Below are positions 55,633-64,000 of a DNA stretch of 64,000 nt, in pieces; position 1 is the first letter of the stretch, and each line of letters opens with the position of its first letter. The DNA comes from Naegleria gruberi (Eukaryota), in the NCBI GenBank assembly GCA_000004985.1, contig GG738934.1; one strand, given 5' to 3'. A program made the position numbers and the translations under genes. Below the pieces are notes generated by a model. That model was given only the letters and a program-made list of their open reading frames with translations, did not search any database and was not told where the DNA came from.

Positions 55633-57120
55633 TTAAAAATTGTTCCTCATTGAAATATTCAATAAATTATTGGCTACGTGATTGGCAATTGCTAGAGATG
55701 ATGTCAAGCCAGGAGATTCTATTCCAATAAGGTTGATGAACTGCTTGGAGAGTGTTGGTGTTTTAGAGTTATTTGGCAGAGCATCAGAAAGAGTTTCAAT
55801 AATGAAATCTCTGAATTTGTCTCCAGGTTTTTGTAATTTTGGTCGAATGCCAACATAATCGGCATGTAAATTCTCTAGGGATAAACCTGTCATGTAGTTT
55901 GAGATGGATTGGAAGAAAGCTTGTCCTCTCACATTGTTCACATTATCAATCTTATAATGAGGATATAATCGATAGGACAGTGTATCCATATTTGCATCTC
56001 CAACCATTTGTTTGGAATATTGCTCTGGGAATAAATCCCTAGCTTTACCAATGTAATTACTGTCAGGTCCAAACTTTAAATTTCCATTCAAATCAAGAGT
56101 TGAATGAGTTCCAAGACCATGAACAAGTCCCTTACTATCTGGGGGAACTGGATAGATTAAATGTTTAATCTGATGAGAAGCTCTATATTTGAAGTAGTGT
56201 CCCTTGAAATAATGTAAATGATATTGCTCTGGAAGATTCATACCATTTGTAAAATCTGAATAGGCCAATTCTGCAATTCTTTCAGAATCTAATCCAGCAC
56301 TATTTACAATATTATCAGCAATAACATTCACTCTATCAATTTGACCATGTTGTCCAATACAGCACAATTCCACAAGGAAATTATTATTGTATTGATAAAT
56401 GTTGTGAACTTTGGTATTGTTAATAAATGTTGAATTTTCACTTGATTGAATCATTTCCAACAATCTGGACATTAGAGTGGCCGAGCAAACAATACCAGTG
56501 CTCTGAGAATAGAGAGCCACATCACTTTTAACATTAGGTTCCTTCTCATTCAATTCTTCCTTTGAAATGAATACTAATTTCTTCATTCTTCCTCTCTCAT
56601 CATACTTTTCAAAATTTTCATTACTTTTCCTCTTCATACTATTCAAATATTCAACATCGTGATCATTACTCGAATTGGCAACAATAAACTTGCCAATATT
56701 TCTATAGGGAATATTAAATTCTTCACAAAAATCATATAATAATGAATTTCCCCTGATGCATAATTTAGTTTTCAAACTCTCTGGTTCATAGTACAATCCT
56801 GCATGAATAACTTCACTATTCCGAGCACTTGTTTCCATGCCAATGAATGAATTTCTCTCCACAACAAGAGTTTGATAATCCGACTTGGAAACACTTGATG
56901 ATTTGCTGTTGTTGGCTTCTCTAGATAATCTGGCAGCAATAGCCAATCCAACAACTCCACTTCCAATCACTAGATTTTCAACTCTTATTGTTTCAATGCT
57001 ATTTGATGGAGAAGAAGAGAAAGTTGATGATGAAAATGAAAAATTGAATTCTTGTTGATGTTTAAAAGGGAACCGTGAAGACATTCTCTTCACAGACAAA
57101 GCACTTCCCAATCTTTTCAT
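55633..57120 (-). CDS. L-2-hydroxyglutarate dehydrogenase-like FAD-dependent oxidoreductase (mitochondrial presequence)
   Basis: ATG at 57120..57118. Rossmann motif GSGVVGLAIAARLS; VVERNSFIGMETSARNSEVIHAGLYYEPESLKTKLCIRG matches the L2HGDH/LhgO family core. Confidence 0.75.
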   Translation of the reverse strand: MKRLGSALSVKRMSSRFPFKHQQEFNFSFSSSTFSSSPSNSIETIRVENLVIGSGVVGLAIAARLSREANNSKSSSVSKSDYQTLVVERNSFIGMETSARNSEVIHAGLYYEPESLKTKLCIRGNSLLYDFCEEFNIPYRNIGKFIVANSSNDHDVEYLNSMKRKSNENFEKYDERGRMKKLVFISKEELNEKEPNVKSDVALYSQSTGIVCSATLMSRLLEMIQSSENSTFINNTKVHNIYQYNNNFLVELCCIGQHGQIDRVNVIADNIVNSAGLDSERIAELAYSDFTNGMNLPEQYHLHYFKGHYFKYRASHQIKHLIYPVPPDSKGLVHGLGTHSTLDLNGNLKFGPDSNYIGKARDLFPEQYSKQMVGDANMDTLSYRLYPHYKIDNVNNVRGQAFFQSISNYMTGLSLENLHADYVGIRPKLQKPGDKFRDFIIETLSDALPNNSKTPTLSKQFINLIGIESPGLTSSLAIANHVANNLLNISMRNNF

Positions 57121-57252
57121 TTTTTACTTTCAATTTATGAAATAATAATAATAATTTAATTACTAATATTTGTAATAGAGTTCAATTAATAGAATGCAAA
57201 AGTACTGAACTACTATGCATCGTTTTAATTACAAAAAAAATAGAAACCACCC

Positions 57253-57765
57253 ATGTTCTCCAAAGAACGTATTCAAAAGGAAAAGGAACAAAAGAAATCG
57301 TGTCCAAAGGAAGTTACTGCTCGAGTGCCTGGATATCAACTTCGTATTCAGCAAGAGCTAGAAAATCTGGACAAGGAATGGCTCGATCACTTGGTCATTG
57401 CAGATACTAATAAATTGGATAAGATGACTATTACCATTGTTCCAAGTGAAGGAATATGGAAGAATCATCCACATGAATTTGAATTGATCATTCCTCATGA
57501 ATATCCTCATAAAGCACCTAATATTATTTGTAAAACTAGAATTTGGCATCCGAATATTGATGAAAATGGTTTGGTGGATTTGAACTTGAGGTATTTATTC
57601 AAACCAACGATGGGATTGAAGGATTTCTTTGTTGGTGTTCTATTCCTTATGCTTGAGCCCAATCCACTCGATCCACAAAATTATAAGGCTGGAAGGCAGT
57701 TTTTAGATGAACCGGAAGGATTCAAACAAAAGGCAAATAATTACATGAAGGGTATCTACCAGTAG
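57253..57765 (+). CDS. ubiquitin-conjugating enzyme E2 variant (UEV; Ubc12/AKTIP-FTS-like) with the catalytic Cys replaced by Asp
   Basis: ATG at 57253. UBC fold motifs HPHEFELIIPHEYPHKAPNIICKTRIWHPNIDENGLVDLNLRYLF. The position of the active-site Cys (HPN-x7-C) is D (GLVDLNL), as in AKTIP/FTS (HPLVDPTSGELDV). Confidence 0.7.
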   Translation: MFSKERIQKEKEQKKSCPKEVTARVPGYQLRIQQELENLDKEWLDHLVIADTNKLDKMTITIVPSEGIWKNHPHEFELIIPHEYPHKAPNIICKTRIWHPNIDENGLVDLNLRYLFKPTMGLKDFFVGVLFLMLEPNPLDPQNYKAGRQFLDEPEGFKQKANNYMKGIYQ

Positions 57766-57951
57766 TAAAAGAAGATTTCAATTCATTCGAAGAAGAAAAT
57801 TATAAGCTTGAGTTCATGGCAAGAATATTGTTATTTTTAAAATATTACAAAATTTTAAAAAGACACAAAAATGATTTCCAGAACAAGCTAGATTGGTATG
57901 ATAAAAAAAACATTCACATATTTAATATTCTGTCGTTTAAAAGAAAAAGAA

Positions 57952-60900
57952 ATGATTACAAGAAAGCGTGCCAAAGAAAACGCTGATGATCATCTTATTG
58001 TTGATTCATCAACAGATGATGATGAGACTGTAAAGAAGAGCACTCGTATTCCGAAAAAGAAGGTAAAAAAGACAACAGAAGAACGAATCAAAGAAGTTGC
58101 AGGAGATTCACAAGATAACGATGATGAAATGGTGGACGATGAAGTTGGTGAATCTGGTAAAATCAATACGAAACGTTTATTGGATGTCAGAAGTAAAAGG
58201 GCAAAGAGATTGGATTTTGTAAGTTTTATTCTTGTATAATCATATCATCTGAATTACAAATCAATAATTTAGGAACAAGGGTTTTTCTATTTACCAAAAT
58301 TTGATTGTTACTTACCTAGACCTGTTCTTCATATGATTATGGGATATATTCCTCCATTTCCATACTTTTTGAATATTAGAAGTATTTCACAACAATGGTT
58401 AGATGAATTTGACACTGAACTTTGTCAAAAAGTAAAGGAGCTAGATTTGATTCAAAGATACGATATTAATGATGAAAAAATCAAATACAAATATCCGTGG
58501 TATGATGAGAATACTACCACTATTAGAAACAATGACAGTATAAGATTCTTGGCTTTATTATTCCCAAATGTTGAAAAATTAATGGTGCCAGCTATTGGAT
58601 ATTCCAATGTTAGACTTCCACCCAATGTTTTGAGACTTTTCTCCAAATTACAAACTATGGAGATATTTTACCTTTTACCAATTGCACTTGATCCCACCAA
58701 GAATATTGAAAGAAGAGCTGCTATTACTTACAAACAAGAAATTACAGATATTCAATCAATTACCAATAATAGATACTTAACGCAATTCAGTTCTATCATT
58801 AGAGAGAATGATGATAACTCCAACCTAGTAGCAACAAATGTACTTGTTCCAGAAAATGTTGTTTCTTTATTCACCTATCTTGTTGAGAATGAACACTTTT
58901 CTCTAAGGAGATTGGATATTCTCTCACTACCAAAAATTCTCTACAGCAAAGAATTAATTACTTTCATTTTACAACATACTGAAAAACAAGTCAACCAAGG
59001 TTATGGCTATCCAGAATTTTATTCAGACTCAAATATCATTCACATTACCAATGATGAAGTTCTTGATCATATGGCAGAGAACCAATTTTTCAAAAATGTT
59101 CTCTCTCCAAAATTAATCTACCATTGGAAATTTATTTCTCATTTATTATCAGAATTATCAAAGGTAAAAACATGTAAAATTCTATTTGAACAGTCAGAGT
59201 TACCACTTGTATTTGATGGTGAAATTAATCCACTACTATGGATTATTAAGAATAATAACTCATCCCAACTGCCAGATATCATTGAATTCTTATTTACTTT
59301 GAATCCATCTCTTGTTACATTAGGTGATGCGAATGGTGTTGTGAATGGGGATGAAAAGAATATGAATATTCTGCACTTGTATATTACAACTTGTAAAACT
59401 ATTGAGGAGAGAGTTGTTTCTTCACTGATCAATATTGGTTGTAATATCAAGTATGTTTGTCCAACAACAGGAAATAACTTGATTCATATTCATCCATGCT
59501 CTCCATGTATGTTTCTTTACTTATTTTTAATAACCATTCCAACTCTTAATAGCTCTTATTAATGCATTACCTGTAGAATTTATTCAAATGAAAAACAACA
59601 AGTGCTATGATCCTCTTGCTCGTTTTGTCAAACGAATCGAAATACAGCATAATGTCAATAATACTGATCTACTAATCACACTATAGATGCCTTTGCAAAA
59701 GCCTACCAAAAATTTGGTTTATCCATTAATGATGTAAAATTTGAAAAAAATTGGAACTTATTGCACAAGTTAATCAATTTAACCAAAGCTAGTGGCATTG
59801 CTTGCCTGTTAATTACACACGGAGTGGATGCCAATTTAGTTGATGAAGATGGTAATCTTCCCCTTATTTATTTTTTAAAAGAAAAAATTCATTCTGATGA
59901 AGATTTCATAGCCTTAATGAATTCAATTTCAGAAGAAACGTTGACAAAGCGTTACAATTCCAAATCATTACTTGCTATTGTTATTGAAATGTTTGATCCA
60001 ACAAGTTTGACTGCATTTTTTAGGGATGAACTTGATTCATCATATGCAATTCTACAACTTATTGCAAATCTTCTTTCAAGAGGATGTAAATTGAATGAAG
60101 CGCTCTCAGAGCTATCAACAACACTTTATGAAAAAGATAATCTCGATTTCAACAAGTCAATTTTCTTGATGAAATTGATTTTTTCCATGACAAATCAAAC
60201 AGAAGTTGTGGAAAAGATCTTAAAGTATTTGGAAAATCTTGAGGAGGCTCTCATCAAACCACAAACCTTTTCAAATTGCAAAATTTCACCTCTAATGTTT
60301 TTGCTTTTTTTATGGGGAGATAGCTATAAAAAAGCTGAATTTTACAGAGCCTTCTACTCTGATAAGCCACTGTTCTCTCCAAAGTTACTGGAGAATATTA
60401 TTGACATACCTAATAAGAAAATTGATTCATTATTTTTTGCAATCGCCACATCTGGCGCTAGACAAATAAGTTGGGAATATTTGGAAGGAATTTTAGGGTT
60501 TGAACATGAAAAAAGTGGATGGAGCAATACAACAAGCAAGCATTCCGATTTCTTAAGATATTTTGAAAAGTACAGATATCATGATGAAGCATTTGGACCT
60601 ATCAATATAATTCAAATTGCAAAATTAATGGCATCAGATGCAGTACTAGGTCAAATACTTTACCTCGACAACTCTAATCAAGTATTAAATGCGCTTGGAA
60701 ATGAGACTTTCCAAAATAGTGAATCAATTTTAGAACAAATTGCAAAGAGTAGATCATTGAATATTGGAAACTTGTTTATTGACCGTTTTAATAATCCAAA
60801 TACGGTAGAATGGACACCCAAACACTTCAGAGCAGCATTTGAACATGACAATTTTCATACTTGTTATGAAATCATCAGTTGTGATAAGTACAAACATGAT

Positions 60901-61761
60901 TTCACAAATGAAGAGATAGTACAAATATTGATTGGATCGAAATGTAGTGATCAAGTAGGGTTGTTACAAACCAAAATTAACGGATTGACTTTTAAGGAAA
61001 AGTTCAAGCTTTTTAGTACACGTTTCAATATCATTTTTACAAAAAATCACAACATTCACAATGTTCCTTGGAAAAAAACACAATCATGGGGATATTATTT
61101 AAATCAATTAATAGAAAGGGCAAATAATTTACCTTTAATAGATCGAGACACAGAAGAACTAAATCTAAGTTTATTGGATGTTTGTTTAATTGATGGTTTA
61201 ATGTTCCCATATCTTTATGCTATCCTTGATAGTGCAGCAGGAAGAAAGAGGAAGAAAATTACAATAGATTCAAAATTAAGCCAAGACCTATTAATCAATT
61301 GGTTGACTTCCAAAAACACAGAAGGAAGAACTGTTCTTCATATGATATGCCAAAATTGTAATTCTGAAAATTATGATACCAAATCTGATATGCTCAACGA
61401 TTTAATCAAGTACATTTCCTCTCACAACAGAAACGATATTTTCAACTTGCAAGACAATGAAGGCAAAACTCCACTCTTTCATGCTGTAGAATCTGGCAAT
61501 TTTATTGAAACATTTTTGACAGTTTCTGATATTTCCATACAGAATAATAAGGGAGAGAAGATTCAAGATATCCTAAATGAAGAACAGAAGGTATTATTTG
61601 CTCCTTATTTGCAAGTTAAAAAACCAACCACAACCTCAAAATCTTCCAATAGAAGAAAGAAAAACCAAAGTGAGGATGAAAACAGAGCAAGTAGTAGTGA
61701 GGATGAAGGTAAATCCAAGAAGAAAACCGCAACCAGAACAGCAAGAAGGAAGAGAAAATAA
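57952..61761 (+). CDS. F-box plus ankyrin-repeat protein, at least 3 exons (gene model merges ORFs 57898-58239, 58333-59562 and 59761-61761)
   Basis: ATG at 57952 (MITRKRAKEN; an alternative upstream ATG is at 57898). Exon 1 ends ...KRAKRLDF|gtaagt at ~58215. Acceptor aatttag| at ~58270 gives EQGFFYLPKFDCYLPRPVLHMIMGYIPPFPYFLNIRSISQQW (F-box). Exon 2 ends ...HIHPCSP+t|gtatgt at ~59506. Acceptor cactatag| at ~59686 gives ..AFAKAYQKFGLSINDVKFEKNWNLLHKLINLTKASGIACLLITHGVDANLVDEDGNLPLIYFL (ANK repeat). More ANK repeats lie near the C-terminus (EGRTVLHMICQNC..., NEGKTPLFHAVESGN), followed by a basic tail. Confidence 0.5.
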
Positions 61762-62163
61762 TCAAAATCTGTTAGTTTCTGTAAATTAACAATTAAATAT
61801 TTAATTTCAATAATTTATTAAATAAAAATGTCCGAGTCCTTCTTCTTGATTCAATGCTGAATAATAATGTTCATATCGCACTCAATGGTGTTTTGCTTTC
61901 ATCTCTTTGGCATATAATAATTGAATGATGGATGTTGAGAGTTTGCATCTCTTATCGCATTCGGCTGACCATATTAATTTAATAATCAATCCGTCATCAC
62001 TAATTGGCATACATAAAACTTGCAATGTGTCATGTTGTAGCAACAGTTGTAGCTATTATCATTGGTTTATTACATCAACTAGTGTTACAATCAAAGGAAA
62101 AAACATCATCATCAATACATCTTGAATTTTAATAAGCAATTTAATAAGCAAGAGAAGAAGAAG

Positions 62164-64000
62164 ATGAATCCTAACAAGCCTAAACCTCCTCCACTCACCA
62201 TCATTACTAAAAATCATCAGACGAACAATTGTACCTCCACAACAACAACAATATCCTTCTCTTCCACCACTAATGGAGCAGCAAGAATTGGTATGAGTAA
62301 TGATAGTGGAAGTCCTCTACAAAGAGTGACAGCAAGTTCGGGAGAATATCAACGTTCGGGAAGTACAACTGAGAGACCATTATTTGTGAGGAATAATTCA
62401 TCCCCTCAAGTTGTTACATCATTTGGTTTTGGTAGTCCACCAGGAAGTCCATCATCAACCTCAAATTCCAGTAGAAAGAACAGTCATACAGCCATTCATC
62501 CATTTCAGCACCAGAATAGTGATAATAGAACTAGTATTAATAGAGATTTAATGTTACCTTTTGATTTTTGTAAGAAGGAAGATGAAACATCGAAATGGAT
62601 GAAGTTTTACTTGTGTTGTTTGAGTTTGAGAGTGAAAACCATGTCTGTACTAATGTTGACATTTCTAATGATTATGGCCATGTGTTTGATTGGATTAGTC
62701 ATTTCCTTTGATGTTTCATTTGATAGTGTTGAAAAGAAAGAAGCATTAGATTCATCTAGAAAGACTGCCAAAGCTCTCTTTGATGATTTTAAATTCATTT
62801 CAGAGAAGGTCTATGATTTTGCCTCTTGGGATGATTCGTATTCTATTATGAAGACTGAAAATACGACAATTGCCGACAAGATGTTGGATCTCTATTTTTC
62901 TTGTGCCTATATGAAAAGAGCTGGTATTAATTTTTCAATCATGTACTATCCAAATGGTACCTTTTTTAATGGAAGAGCTTGTTTCGACATGTGGAAAATA
63001 CCTGAATTTCCAGATGAATTGAAAGCTTTAAGTACAAGCTTTTTTCAAACAGACGACAATTACAATGGTAAGATTGTCACTTCTTCTGCCTTCCAAGCAG
63101 TATTTACTCCAAGAAGGAATTTGGCTCAATTATTTAGTTCTAATTCTCAAGTACCTGCTAATAGTTTTGTAAATGCAACAAATATCATCTTGGCAGTTGC
63201 CCTACCAATACAACCAAACAATAATTCTGATCAGAATGGTGTATTTCTCTACGGAAGATACATGACACAGTCACTCAGTGATGATATCTCTGTCAGAACT
63301 CAATACTGTACCACTTTTTTTGATCTCACCAATAATGAGGATTTAAATCTACTAGAAGATGACTTTAAAAATTTTCAAGGTCAACTCAATAACAAGTCAG
63401 CAACCAAAGTGAGTATCAAGTATCAGAGTTGGGCTGACGACGAGCCATTCTATTACTCGTACAATATGAAATACTCTTCCAGCAAGAGGAGAAGTTGTGC
63501 TGAAACCTACACTAAAGAATATTACACTTCAAGAATGGCAACTTATCAATTATATTCTGATTACAATAATTCAAATAGTATTGTCATTAGAACTGATTTT
63601 AATAGAGAGATTTATCAAGTTGGTTGGACATCATTTATGTATACTTGTTTTGTTTTGATAGCTATTGTTTTTACACTCCTTATTGCAGTCATGATCTTTG
63701 TAGAATGTGTTGTTTTGAGAAGAATTTTGAAAATTGGATCTACCGTAAAAAGCATTACCAAAACTAATGATATTTCCAAGAGAGTTCCCAATTCAGGATT
63801 TGATGAATTGGGACGTTTATGTAAGGATATTAACCACATGTTGATGGCATTGGAAGAGTCACAAATTAAACTTGCTAAAGACAACCAAATAATGCAACAA
63901 TTGCTGGAAAAAACAGCCCTCGAAGAACAAAAATCCAGATGTGTTATGAATAGTATCTCAGACTTTATTGTCACTGTAGAGTGTGATACTGGGCTTTTAG
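62164..64000 (+). CDS. hybrid histidine-kinase-type receptor, N-terminal sensor portion (TM1, extracellular domain, TM2, HAMP-like linker); continues beyond the window end
   Basis: ATG at 62164. I checked 612 codons to position 64000 and found no stop (absent from the ORF table because there is no in-window stop). TM1 is VLMLTFLMIMAMCLIGLVISF; a ~320-aa extracellular domain follows; TM2 is SFMYTCFVLIAIVFTLLIAVMIF. Then a HAMP-like segment VKSITKTNDISKRVPNSGFDELGRLCKDINHMLMALEE. Confidence 0.65.
   Translation, partial: MNPNKPKPPPLTIITKNHQTNNCTSTTTTISFSSTTNGAARIGMSNDSGSPLQRVTASSGEYQRSGSTTERPLFVRNNSSPQVVTSFGFGSPPGSPSSTSNSSRKNSHTAIHPFQHQNSDNRTSINRDLMLPFDFCKKEDETSKWMKFYLCCLSLRVKTMSVLMLTFLMIMAMCLIGLVISFDVSFDSVEKKEALDSSRKTAKALFDDFKFISEKVYDFASWDDSYSIMKTENTTIADKMLDLYFSCAYMKRAGINFSIMYYPNGTFFNGRACFDMWKIPEFPDELKALSTSFFQTDDNYNGKIVTSSAFQAVFTPRRNLAQLFSSNSQVPANSFVNATNIILAVALPIQPNNNSDQNGVFLYGRYMTQSLSDDISVRTQYCTTFFDLTNNEDLNLLEDDFKNFQGQLNNKSATKVSIKYQSWADDEPFYYSYNMKYSSSKRRSCAETYTKEYYTSRMATYQLYSDYNNSNSIVIRTDFNREIYQVGWTSFMYTCFVLIAIVFTLLIAVMIFVECVVLRRILKIGSTVKSITKTNDISKRVPNSGFDELGRLCKDINHMLMALEESQIKLAKDNQIMQQLLEKTALEEQKSRCVMNSISDFIVTVECDTGLL

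Noticed and set aside
1-64000. Search for a prokaryotic defence/novel system (CRISPR arrays, RM, toxin-antitoxin, phage island, integrases)
   Set aside because: No CRISPR-like direct repeats, Shine-Dalgarno-spaced gene arrays, integrase/transposase ORFs or operonic organisation were found. Spliceosomal introns and the gene content show the locus is amoebozoan nuclear DNA.

Overview
This 64-kb window is nuclear DNA from an AT-rich eukaryote, most likely a dictyostelid social amoeba (Dictyostelium-like). It is not a prokaryotic locus, and I found no operons, CRISPR arrays or phage/defence islands. The supporting signs are about 75% A+T, A-runs immediately before ATG starts, short GTAAGT..AG introns of roughly 47-110 nt, poly-Asn/Ser/Thr tracts inside proteins, and a typical amoebozoan gene set (alternative oxidase, ABCD half-transporter, hybrid histidine-kinase sensor, phospholipase D, AT-hook, F-box, Kelch/BTB proteins). 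The assembly is draft quality, with N-runs at 3420-5376, 20540-20589 and 33184-33954 that interrupt genes.

I call about 36 protein-coding genes, several with manually resolved splice sites, plus one tRNA-Gly(GCC)-like gene. Genes with recognisable products: malonyl-CoA decarboxylase, alternative oxidase, citrate synthase, a 2OG-Fe(II) oxygenase, an ABCD transporter, a 7TM-RGS protein, phospholipase D, a serine carboxypeptidase, a two-kinase-domain protein kinase, a DUF924 protein, an NHL-repeat protein, an LRR protein, two tandem alpha/beta-hydrolase paralogs, an LZTR1-like Kelch/double-BTB protein, a divergent EF-Tu-like GTPase, an L-2-hydroxyglutarate dehydrogenase, an AKTIP/FTS-like E2 variant, an F-box/ankyrin protein, and the N-terminal sensor half of a hybrid histidine kinase.

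The most unusual item is a secreted protein at 1221-2186 (- strand) whose C-terminal domain looks like a bacterial type VI secretion Tae4 peptidoglycan amidase, with conserved Cys, His and Asp at Tae4-like spacing. It may be a domesticated-amidase-effector-like antibacterial gene in a bacterivorous amoeba. Other things worth a second look are listed in the findings below.

The ORF table uses alternative start codons, so I re-derived true ATG starts where I could. Splice coordinates I worked out by hand are accurate to about ±1-2 nt.
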